Source: Thelocarpon superellum (Eukaryota). From it: a stretch of 64,000 bases of DNA. Made by a program: the position numbers and the translations under genes. The notes beneath the pieces are model-generated. The model was given only the letters and a program-made list of their open reading frames with translations, was not told the DNA's origin and made no database searches. The stretch spans positions 1 through 64,000 of the forward strand of contig JAPEUG010000055.1 of the NCBI GenBank assembly GCA_026025795.1, written 5' to 3'. Positions 1-11,203 of the stretch are shown piece by piece. Numbering within the stretch: position 1 is the stretch's first letter; every line of letters begins with the position of its first letter.

Positions 1-909
1 ATAAGGCCGCCCGCCGGCCTCCGAGGGACGCATGAGATGTTGGGTTTGACGACCTTCCTATCTATAGCCACTGGCTATTTAGCAGCTGACACGCATTATC
101 ATGTCACAGATGTGGGGCACTGTGAAGCCCATCATGCATCGGCCGAACAATTCGATGGTGTAGCATGTGCAGCCTAGGAGCACAATGACAGTGGCACTCT
201 TAGGCTTAGCCCGTGTCTGGCTTGTCGGGGCACGCACCGGTCGGAGGTTGCAGCTTTTGGCGAGGGCTGTAGTTGGTGCACGGAAGAGCGTGCGCCCTCG
301 AACCCGGGCTATGTTAATTCTCGCACCATGGACACCTGTGCGATCACCACAGCTACTAGCCCAATACGCTACGGGAGCTCCTCTTTAGCCAGGGTTGTGA
401 ATCATCCTAGGGTCTTTACATAGCTCAATCCAAACATCTCACCCTCATTGGTGGCTAAGCCACCAGTCAATACCATGCGTTGAACGAGGACGTGGAAGGC
501 CTTCGGTAAGCATGGCCCGATCGGAATCGCATGATGGCGGTGGCGACGGAGTGCGTGGCTGGAGGCCGCGGTGCCCCGTACAAACCTGGCGGCGGTGGAA
601 CGGGCACTCATACTCGTCCTTCCGCCTCGAGTAGCACGAGTTCTGAGGCGCAGGAGTAGCCCGTCCGCTCAGTGTTACTTGCACCAACCCCCCCAAACCC
701 TCGAGACACACGGCAATTCTGCCAGCGCATCTAGTGCCGGCGTGCAGCTCCCCGCAATGGACCTCACAGTGGGGCCATTGACACTTCACCTTGCTTGAGA
801 ACCTGCAGCATTGTATCTAACGATCGTTTTGTTTCCATTCTGCTTCCTGCTCCATTTGCCAGTGTCGCCCACACCGTGTTTGGAAGCCGCCGTATCACCT
901 CACCACCAG

Positions 910-2397
910 ATGGCGTCGCTGGTGAAGGAGCCTGGTGAGCCCGACCGATATCGGCCGGACTCAGCAGACCTGCCAGACCTGCCCGCACCGCATGAATCCT
1001 CGTCCGCAGTCAGGTCCAGGTCCAGGTCCACATCCAGGCGTGCGCCCCTCCCCGCGGCCTCGCTCACCGGCGATACCGCTGACTCCACGCCGCCCGCGAC
1101 AGACGACGGACGACGCCATTCGATGCCCTTGGACTTCCTCCTGGCGAACCTTTGGAGTAACACCACCTCCGTCGCATCCTCTGCCAGGTCGGGCCATGCC
1201 GCCACGGGCGAGACCACGCGCGAAGGCACCACCAGCGCTCACCGTGCGGCCGCCCTCCGCCGGCTGAATGGCCCGCCCAAGCTCCGCCATCGTCAGTCCA
1301 AGTCCGTCGGCGCCCCCAAGAGCAGCTCGAGCCAGCCCGTCATCGTGCGCACCTACTCCAAGGCCGACACCATGGAGTCGCGCCGCAATGTCCCCGCCAT
1401 CCGCGAGGAGGAGGAGGCCGATGACGTGAGCCTCCCGCCGCTCGACGCCTTCAGCTTCAATGGCATCATGGGCGCCATCGAGCCCGACATCGCCGGCACC
1501 TTGGACGCCATCGCGAGCATCTGTGCCAAGAGCCGCTACAGCCTCTCGAATCAGTACGAGGTGCACATGCCGCCGCATGGGGACAATGATCTGGTGCCCG
1601 CTCACGCTGGGGACTTCACGCTCGAGGCGGATGGCCCTCGACACGACCCGCTCGAGGTAGCCTCGATCCATTCGCGCGACCGCAGCACCACCCGTGCGAT
1701 CGATCACCCGGTAAATGTAGGCTCGACGCGCGACCCGGACCTACCACACCTGGCCACCCGCGGCCGCTCGCCGACCCAGGGCATCTCACGTCGGCATGCC
1801 AATGGCCTGGGCATGACGGTGTCGAGGGACGCCTCCAAGGAGCTGAATTCGGTGACGGGCACCGTCAGTCCACCAGCACTATCGCCGTTGCGCTTCAGTC
1901 GCGAGGGCAGCGTCGGCCCGGCCGTCTCGACCCAGGAGGACGGCCACTCGTCCCGGCGGGAGGCGGTGGATGAGGCCGTCCCGCATCCTAGAGTAACGGG
2001 GAGCCTCTTTTCGGGCTTTAGTGCTGGCGCCGATGGCCAAGGCATGGGAAGTGCCGTCCCAGCGGGGCACACCGCCGCCAACCTCTCCCCGCCTCCGGCG
2101 CCCCTGGTGCTCTCGGACGTGCAGTTGATTGTGTCGTCCGTCGACATCCCCCGACGCCACGGCAGCCGGCGCTTCGACCATGGAGTTTCGGGCCCGGCCC
2201 AAGATGGCCAACCGCGAGCCGAGCTGCGTCGATGGTCGAGCATCGGCAACCTCGCCGCCTGGCTGCCATGGTTCGGTGGCGAGAACGCCGAACCTCCCGT
2301 GCCGATAAGACGTCTTCCCGTCCACCCACCGGTGGGTTCCGGGGAGACGGCGGAGAACAGCTTACGAGGTCTTCTCAGATGTGAGCGGGATGACTGA
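910..2397 (+). CDS. Hypothetical protein, largely low-complexity, with one ordered-looking core
   Basis: Long uninterrupted ORF 811-2397; first ATG at 910. Ordered-looking segment LPPLDAFSFNGIMGAIEPDIAGTLDAIASICAKSRYSLSNQYEVHMPPHG. No family recognised. Confidence 0.7.
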   Translation: MASLVKEPGEPDRYRPDSADLPDLPAPHESSSAVRSRSRSTSRRAPLPAASLTGDTADSTPPATDDGRRHSMPLDFLLANLWSNTTSVASSARSGHAATGETTREGTTSAHRAAALRRLNGPPKLRHRQSKSVGAPKSSSSQPVIVRTYSKADTMESRRNVPAIREEEEADDVSLPPLDAFSFNGIMGAIEPDIAGTLDAIASICAKSRYSLSNQYEVHMPPHGDNDLVPAHAGDFTLEADGPRHDPLEVASIHSRDRSTTRAIDHPVNVGSTRDPDLPHLATRGRSPTQGISRRHANGLGMTVSRDASKELNSVTGTVSPPALSPLRFSREGSVGPAVSTQEDGHSSRREAVDEAVPHPRVTGSLFSGFSAGADGQGMGSAVPAGHTAANLSPPPAPLVLSDVQLIVSSVDIPRRHGSRRFDHGVSGPAQDGQPRAELRRWSSIGNLAAWLPWFGGENAEPPVPIRRLPVHPPVGSGETAENSLRGLLRCERDD

Positions 2398-2562
2398 TGG
2401 ATGCAATTGCGGCAGTATCACGACAAATTCCGGGAACGTGAACAGAATTGATGGCTTGTACATAGCTCCACCAGCTTGAAAGAGGGACTCTCGTATATAC
2501 ATTCTTGCACACTTATGGCACGGAAGATCTTTCATGGTCCTAAGATACCCGGATCGTCTCCC

Positions 2563-3404
2563 TCATCGCTTCTTGTTCTTCTTGCCGTCGGATCTGCTGT
2601 CGCGACCGCTCGACCCGTCGGACCGGACCAGCTTTTGACGCTGATACTGCTGCACGATGCCCTGCACAGAACCCATGTCATGTTCCGGTTTTCTGTAGTA
2701 CACGTCAGCTGCCGTACCACTCCCATGCCACGAACACAGGTTGCGAGCCCTTTGTAAGTGCACGTACCGCATATAGTACAAGCGGGCTCTCCGCGCACGC
2801 TTGGCCCGGCGCTGCACGACCTCGACGGCTTCCACATTAGGGCTGAAGATCTTGAACCACATCTCGACGCCGACGCGGGTCAGCTGGTTCCGCAGCAGAA
2901 TGCCGGTATCGACGCCTCGATGGCGAATATTGATGCACACGCCGGCGAACGGGTCCCCGTTCTTGAGTCGCACCAGCAGGATATCGCCCACTTTGGCGGC
3001 CTCGCGATTCGTCCGCGAGAAGAGATGACGTCGTGCACCGGTCGGATCGAGCACGTTGAGCTGCACATCGGACACGTGTCGGACGGCGTCTTTATTCGGG
3101 ATCGTGGCCGCCACCGATGGCGGCGGCGGGTAGGTCTTGATCTTCTTCGGGGGTCCCCGTGGCGTGGTGGGCGGTTCGTCTGGATGGCAAGTCAGTCATT
3201 CATGCCGTCTGTAGATTGGTCAAGAGAGAGACAATGGAGCTTGGAGCTGCTACCCTTGTGTGGAAACCAGCGCGGCGATAGCCTTCGCTCTGGAATTGTC
3301 GATGCGGTGGAGAGCGCACATCTCACTACCCGCTGGCACCATGGCTGCGGTAGGACCACTCGAAGGCAGTTGGTCGACCGCAGCATTAATCTGGGAGCGA
3401 TCAT
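2563..3404 (-). CDS. IMG1: Mitochondrial ribosomal protein bL19m (about 2 introns)
   Basis: L19 motifs FAGVCINIRHRGVDTGILLRN..GVEMWFKIFSPNV..RARRARLYYMR. Arg-rich presequence-like N-terminus MIAPRLMLRSTNCLR from ATG 3404. Confidence 0.88.
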
Positions 3405-3644
3405 GGCGGTTGAGGTGCACACTGCATCGGAGTTGGGCGTGGTCCGTCACAGGGTGGAGAGACGTCGTTGCGAGATGGAAAATGTCGAAAATCGATCCAG
3501 CGGTAATTGGTCGACTAACTATAGTAACGAACATAACCGTAAAGTAACTAAATTGAATCTTCGATCGGAATTTGGGCTCCCATTTCCTACGTTTCATCAC
3601 ACCCGGCAGCGCATTGATCCACCGACCAAGTCGGGGGGCTAACA

Positions 3645-4891
3645 ATGTCACCAAGCTCCAGAGGCCTTGAGCTGCCTCGATATTGTTTCCAGGGCAAATC
3701 ATTGACCTCTCCTGCTCGTCTGCGGCCCTTCGTACGATCGTTCACTAGCTCAACAAGCCGACAGAAACATGGTATGGACCTCCAGACATCAAGAACGAAG
3801 CTCTGTACTGACCACCCACCATTCTAACAGGCGCAGTCTCGGCCTTTGCGCCCACGTCTTCGCCCGAACTCGACTCGCTCCTGTCCGACTTCCGGTCCAA
3901 AGTCTTCCTTCCAGCCCACCTGCTCAAACCGCACCGGAACCTGATCTACCAGCCGCGGAACCATGCCAGGCTACGCAGCGAACCCGTGCATGTGGAGATC
4001 GGGCAAGAACGCGTGCAGCTCGAACCGATCAACCGGCTTCAAGACGAGCCGTCGTTTCGCAAAAGCCTCCCACGCATACTATCGCTGATGCGTGAGCCAA
4101 GTGACTGGAGAGTGGTGCCCGCCTTCCTGGCAGAGCTCCAGACGGCCAAGCGCAAAGTGACGCCTGGGCAGGCGCAGAAGATTGTCCGGAAGGCCAACGA
4201 GGCTGGAAGGCAGGACATCGTGATCGAGTGCGTGAAGCGCGTGAGCAAGACCGGTCTGCGCCTGAACGATGTGCACCTCGCGCGCGAAGTCATCTGGGGA
4301 TCGTACATGAGAGCAATGCGCGCCGAATGGGCCGCGAGCGAAGTCGCCAAGGCCTTCAGCCAGGCCGAATACATCGTCGACCTTTTCGAGGACGAGCGAC
4401 ATGGCGGAGGCTGGATGGTGCGACGAGAAGATGCCCGAGCCGACCCGGGCATCATCGGCGTCCTACTTGCCCTCTCGGCATCTCAAGCGCGGAGAGGCCA
4501 GTCCGCGGACGGAGACGAGACTGGAACCGGAACCGGAACCGGAACCGGAATCGGAAAGGAGAAAGTAGAGACGTACGCCCACCGACTTCGCGCAGCCTGG
4601 TCCAACCTCCCCTCGTCAGACGAGGCGGCGGCGGCAACAACGACGAAAGGCACCTGGCAAGACGCCAACGCGCGCCTGCAGATCCTGACGCCCATCCTGC
4701 GCGGCCTGACAGGTGCGACGGAAATCCTGGACGAAGATGGCGACGTTGGCCCCTGGGTGGCGGAAACAGCGCTGCCGCAGCTCCAGGAACAGGTCCAGGC
4801 CGCTGCGGCCCGGCTCGAGGACCACAACGATAAGACGGACGCGGATCGTGTCCCCCGCGGCCTGGCTTGGTTGAGGGACTTGGACCGCTGA
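3645..4891 (+). CDS. Hypothetical, probably mitochondrial protein (1 intron near 3772-3830)
   Basis: Presequence-like start (..PARLRPFVRSFTSSTSRQ), GTATGG..CTAACAG intron, then a helical-looking ORF to 4891. Divergent from IMG1. Confidence 0.7.
4523..4552 (+). repeat. (GGAACC)x4 plus GGAATC coding microsatellite (Gly-Thr repeat)
   Basis: Seen directly; translates as TGTGTGTGTGIG. Confidence 0.9.
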
Positions 4892-5077
4892 TATCACCAT
4901 CGTGTCTGTAATGTATGCACTTTATCTACTATTCCTCGTGCTAGACGAGTATCTTATCGTGTTGAATACCTGATACACCCGCGTGCATTGCATTTGCAAT
5001 TTGGTAATGCAATTGACGGTACGATACGCAGCACGACTCTAAACACACATGACGGATTCCCAGACTTGGGGTCCACG

Positions 5078-5846
5078 CTACAAATAGGCCAATATGCCAG
5101 AACTGACGACCGTGGCGCCAACGACGATCCAGCCCGTGCGAATGACCTGCTTATTGGCGAACGTCGAGCCCGTGTCCCACGAGAGGTAGCGGAGGCCGTT
5201 GAAGCAATGGAAAGTAAAGGGCATGGCGAGGCTGAACTTGGCCAGCACCTTGGCGGCCACGGGCCACGTCGCGACCGCCGCCGCGATGCTCGCCGAATCG
5301 AGGTGCCATCCGAACAGTGGCGCGGCTAGATAGGCCGTCGCGAAGACGTAGAGCCCGCCCGACAGAATCGTGCCCGTGATCCGGTTCAGGCCCGACGCGT
5401 ACCACGTTATCTGTGGTCGGTAGATGGATAGATGCGGTGAGAGTGGCCGTGCTAGTCGCTGCTTGACGAGGATATCGCTCGCTGCCGATTGGTTTACTTT
5501 CTGTGTCGTGATGGATCTGATGATGGAGGAGATGTGAGTGAGAAGTTGGTGGAGGTGTGCGGTGAGAGGGGGTAAGGAGAGGAGTCAGTTGGGAGCCGCT
5601 CTATCGTACCTTGATTGAACGAAGAGGGTCTGTAGAGCAATCGTAGCGGGCGCAGAGAATCTATGCACACCGCTGCGGGAGGATACTGCCTGTGTCGCGA
5701 CTGGGTTGGTTGAGCGTCAACGTCTGATAGCCTCCTTCCGTCTACTTCCCCGCCCTTGAAGCACATCACGCCGCTCGCCTCGACACACACGGATGAGACC
5801 ACTTACATCGACGCAGCGACTGCTGCGTTGTTCGATTCGCTAACAT
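5078..5846 (-). CDS. SDH3: Succinate dehydrogenase cytochrome b560 subunit (SdhC), multi-exon
   Basis: MLANRTTQQSLRR start; RPLSPHLSIYRPQITW..SGLNRITG and PFTFHCFNGLRYLSWDTG motifs typical of SdhC. Confidence 0.93.
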
Positions 5847-6517
5847 GCCGAAGCCTGCTTTGCACGCAATTGGGGCGCCGACGGGACGAATTGGCGATGG
5901 TGGAGGAGTGGAGTGATGACGGACGGACTCGCATCGCCCAGCGTCGTGAACACGGATCCGACTGGACGCCGAGGAAATAGAGGCTGGCCATCCACCAATC
6001 AATTCATCCCAATAGCCAAGTCCGCTTGATTACGTCAGCATCCTTCTCTGGTCCGCACATAGATACTCGCTTCGCTTCTTCTCGTCGCTGACACCAGGAA
6101 TCCTCACCATCACCGCTCTACCTGAACACTTCGGGGATGATGAATCGGTGATCATGCCTTTCAGTGGTCCGGCTTTCTGTCGTGCTGTTCTTGTCAGGTC
6201 GAGGAGGGACTTCCGAGAGTGGAAGGGAACGCAGCTTCCTTTGACCTGTCGTTAATCGCGCATTTTGATCGAATGCCCTACGATTCGGTGCGTTTCATAT
6301 CAGGGTTACATCTTATGGCACAAGATCCGAGTGTTCAGCGGACGTGGGTCTGAGAGTTTGACTGAGAGACTAAAAGCTCGGCCTTGGGAGCTGAGTCTTA
6401 ATCTGAGCTGCTTTGTCATTAGATTGGTGTCATCATCTTCGTCAAGATCTCTCTTCAATCCAACGTTGCCAATGCCGTTGTCGCTCCCAACGCCATGCCC
6501 GTGTATAAGACCAGCTA

Positions 6518-8023
6518 TCAGTCCACAGATTCCAGTGGCGCAATCCAACCCGCTTTCAGCCGAGGCTCTCGTGGCAATATCGTTTCTCCAAAGAAGATGC
6601 TCATGTCCTTGGCCACATCCGCCGGCCGTTGCCAAACCGGCCAACCCGCTTCGCCTTCATGGTGACGCGTCCAGGTCAAAGGCTGGACGCAGGCCGCCCA
6701 CTGCACCGGCCACCACGCTTCGTGTGGGCTGGAGAAAGTGCTGATTGCAAGTCGAGTTGAGCTCCAGGTCCGGCTCACGTCCCGAAGCTCCGAGGTCGTG
6801 GGCGCGCCATACATGAATCTTAACGGCGCTTCCGGCCCTGGCAACCACGACATCATGGTGAAGTCAATGGTCTCGGCAGACGAAAAGGCCTCCACCATTT
6901 TGGTTCGCTCGTACTGCGCGTGCCGGATCCAGGCGAGCAGACCCACCGGAGAGTCACACATGCCATACGCCAGCGCCTGCGGTCCAGGACTGAATCCTCT
7001 CCCGCTGATTGAGCCGCCTGGCGATTGGAGATTTGGCCGTCGAGGAGTCCGAGGAAGAAAGTCCGAATGATGGTACCCAAAGCGAAGCCCGGGTACATTG
7101 GCGCGGGTGAATCGAGCGATCAGAAAACCCAGATAATTCCATAGTCGCCACGTGAACGACGGTCGCTCAAGATACGGAATTGGTGTCGTGGTGTGGACGG
7201 CAAGACAGGTCGACGAATGGTGAGTGGCCAGCATCCTACAGACCCCAAACCCCCTAGGTCTCTGTCAGCCAGCATGAACATAGTGGACGGGAAACGCGAA
7301 AACTCACCAGTCACTCCCATGCGCCACGTAATGCTCGTACCCGAGAGTACTCATCAGCGTGTCGAAGACCCGGGCGACCTCGCCCATGCCCGGATCCTCC
7401 AACTTGAAATGATCGCTAAAGCCACAACCGGGAACGCTGGGGACAACCACATGAAATGCCTGCATTCCTTCCTCGCTCGGCTCCGTCAACAGGTCGATGA
7501 TCTTCGACGCCTCGACAATACCCCCGGGTAGGCCGTGACAGAATAACAACGGGATTGCCATGGGACGTGGCGATTGCTTGTGGACATAGTGCAGTCTCGA
7601 CGACGATTCCGGCGCTGCATCTGGAAGAAGTATTCGAAATTGCGGAAGATGGGCGTTGATGGCGGCTTCGCGGGACCGCCAGTCATATTCTTCCAGCCTA
7701 TTGAGACCTATCAGCATCAAGACCGATGGCACGCAGGACGAATCGGGGAGCTTTTCAGACGAAGTACCAATAATCAACGAGAGGTTCGATCTCAGCCTTT
7801 GACGTCCCCGACTCAACCCCGCGGTGCGGCGGGACGAGAATTTCGTGAGGCAGTCGTGTCAATTCTAACTTCTTTGTGGTCAAATCCAGGTATTTCGACG
7901 AGACCTAGAGAATCGTGAGCGTCGTAGAATGAGTTGACGGACATAGGTACTTGCATGAATTTTATAGGGTTTGATCGCTTCAACCCCGTCCGGCGGTCTG
8001 GCTTTAGCGGCCAGAGCAGACAT
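6518..8023 (-). CDS. Epoxide hydrolase-like alpha/beta hydrolase (microsomal EH family), probably degenerate
   Basis: KPYKIH|VSSKYLDLTTKKLELTRLP, YDWRSREAAIN, PLLFCHGLPG, AFHVVVPSVPGCGFSD, LGYEHYVAHGSDW and DSPVGLLAWI motifs. ATG at 8023. Confidence 0.85.
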
Positions 8024-11000
8024 GGTCAACATGTGGCTTGACTCTGAAGGCGGAAGTCGAGGTGTGGCTCAGTCAAGTACTTATTCGCTTCTTGCCTCCG
8101 AGGCAAAATGTGGCGTACGCGTCCGGACGGGGATCTAGACCCTTGCATGGTGCACCGCCACAACCACTTTCCAACTTTTCTTCCAGGGCATGGCGTGGTG
8201 GCACGCGCGTCGCGCCCATTCAATCCAATCAAAGAGTCGACCAATGTCGATCAGCTCATTGTATGAGCCATCTATGTTTGAACTGCTCTCCTCCGAGGAA
8301 GTGACCTATTCCGGTACTGCCCAAGTCCCCCGCACCCTTTCTCTCGACGAATCAAGCTCTAGCAGATGCGCCTAGGATTGAGTCATCTAAACGTACGATG
8401 AAAACTGAATCACGATTCCACATTCCTGCGTTCATCTTAGCACGACTTCACGGATGACCGATGTGACCGATGAGAAGGCAACCAAATAATCAAACACGTC
8501 CTGGCTTGCCTGATGTTGAAGAACCTGAGGAGGGAGATATGGGAGCGAGAGGGTAGCAAGAGCCAGAGAATGGATCTCGGGGAAGCCTAAACACGCCTAG
8601 GCAAGCTAACAAAGCAGCACGCTTCATGATTCTCACGAGACTCCTCAGGCAATGCAGAGCCACATCGTGGCGAGGCGGGACCCTGTCCGATGGCGAGGCA
8701 CAGGTAGTCTAGTAGATGGTGTGGTCTATCGAGGCTCTGTAGTAGTCTGTCGACTTCCTATCCTCGGTGTCTTCCAGAGTTGAACGCTGGCCTTGCTGCG
8801 AGCTGATTATGTGCACGCTTGTATGCTGCGCAGTGGGTAAACAGCGAGTGAAAGGTTTGAGGCTGACTATGAAAAGTCTGCTTGCGTCTCCCCATATAAA
8901 GTATATGGAAACCCGTAAGGCGGCATTCTTCATTCTACCCTTCTCGACCAACTGCTGTGACTGTAGATTCTATCGTCCTTCAATATCTTACGGCAGACGC
9001 GTAGGTCACGTGAGATCTCCTGTTCCTGCGCGAGGCGTGGCCGCCGCCACACTCACACCATCTACTAGTGGTGATAACAGAGTAGAGTACCTGTGCTTGG
9101 CCACCAGACAGGGTCCAGCCTCCTAACACGAGATCTCAACTCATTTCTCTCTCGCTTCTCATCTAGGTAAATGGTCGTTTCCAATTCCTCCTCGAATCTT
9201 ATCAGCCTCTCACAACAACCGCCGAGTCGTGCACGATCAATCGCTTGCAGCAACAGAAGCTCAAACGAGGGCGCCACCTAGCCAGCACTGTAACTGCGAA
9301 CGCGACTCCAAAAGCACGGGAAGTAAGACATAGCCTCATCATGCCCTACAGTAAAGCGCATAAGACGTATCACGACCTGATCGCTTTTGATAGCAAGTAC
9401 CTGGTGACTCGACAGCGACACAACATAGGACGTGACCTGACTCTCCAACCAGAGCTAGGGGTGCAGGACCCTTTTGATCTGACATGACCATCTGACGCAT
9501 GAACTGGAACCCAGAAACCAATGGATTCTACACCTGAAAGGTCTGGAATCAGGGAATACCTGCGTCAAGATGACTGGTCTTAGCTAGATTTTGCTGGGTC
9601 ATAGCCAGTACAAAGTACAGTCTCAGGCGATAGAGTCTAGATGACCACTACGACCTCGACGGCGACAGGGCTCCCGAGCTCCGAGGACCTACGTGACATG
9701 GACATCCCGTACCTTCACTCCGTATCCCCCATGCATTATCCCAGCTAAAGAGCGGCGTTCTGCGTGGCTCGTACCGAGTACGAGCATCCGAGCGCAGCGC
9801 TCGCGACTCCAGGTAAGAGTGGCGCCGATCGCAGCGCTTCTCCCACAATTTACGCCCACGGCGATTCCTTACCCTGGTCGCTGAAATCTACCTGCTGTCA
9901 GCTGAGGCTAGTCAAGGGAACCCCGCCATAGGGCGGCTCTTGGACAGCTGGACGGCCGAGTCCTCTAATTAGCAGGCTCGGCATTATTAGTTCGCCAAGA
10001 GTGCGTTTGCTCCACCATTTCTTGGCTACTCGTCGGCACCGGAGGGTTTGCGGCCTGTCAAGACGTGCATGCCGTTGGACTTCATACGTAGCAGACATGC
10101 CGTTCTTGCAATTTGAATCGCAAGGCGCCGATAAGGAAGACGGGATTATTGAGTTTGCCACCCTTCGTGGAGACATGCCGCCAGAAGGCCAGCCAGAAGA
10201 CGGCATGACGGCTTCGACTGCATGACAGCGGCACCCAGCGGTGCTGGAGGCTGGGTGACAGGCGAGATGGACGGAAACAAGCGAAGGTTCGGACTTGACC
10301 GCCGCCGACGGTCCTGACATTCCTTGGCCTCAGCGCGCGCTTGTGGCTGCTGGCGTCGACGGCGTCCCCTCCACCATGCCGGCCTCGGCTAGAGCTGCGG
10401 CTGACACGGGCCAATGACCGTGATCCCCCCGCTCAAACCAGGAACATGGGCCACACGCTTTGTCCAACACCCATGGCGAGGCTTGCCTCGCCATGGGCGG
10501 CCTTGCCTTGCTCGACTCATCCTCATCCACGCATACGCACACGAGCGACACCCACACCACCCGGTGGTGGCGTTGCGAACGGCTCGTCTCACCCTCCAGG
10601 CTCCCGGGGTTGAGGTCGAGTACTCGTAGGATGCACGACGGCGAGAACAAGATGGCAGGTTGCTCCATAGCTCCCCCCACCACTTGAACCCAGTCCTCCC
10701 AGTTGGGTCTAATCTCCAGATCGGGCTCATCGGCCGCTCGACCTTTCCACCTCCTCAGAGCAGTCAGTGGGCGAGTCCACTCGCTACTCGTCCTTCACTT
10801 TCCGTCCATCCTTTCCGTGTCCAGTCACCCGCCACCACGCTGTCCATCATTCCGTCGCGGCCCTCCCCCCCACGGCCCACCTTCTCGACTGACCCGACTC
10901 GTGGATCCCCTTCGATAGACGCTTCTCTAAGCGATGCCCCCAGCCCAGTCCCGTCTTAGATCTGCAAAATGTCATCGTCTCCGCTTATGATCTGCCAGAC

Positions 11001-11203
11001 TGGGGGTGGGAAGCTTCCAAACGCTTGGCAGGCGTGGTCAGGCTTTGCCCGGCCCGCCATGGCCGCGGCCACGCTTCTGTTACCTGCACGGAACGTACAA
11101 GTATAGATTATGCCTCTGCTGTGTCGCTGCGTCGCTGTGTCGTCAGCGTCGGCGACTTGCATCGAACCGCTGTCACCCCTCGCGTGCTCGCGTGTCCGTT
11201 ACC

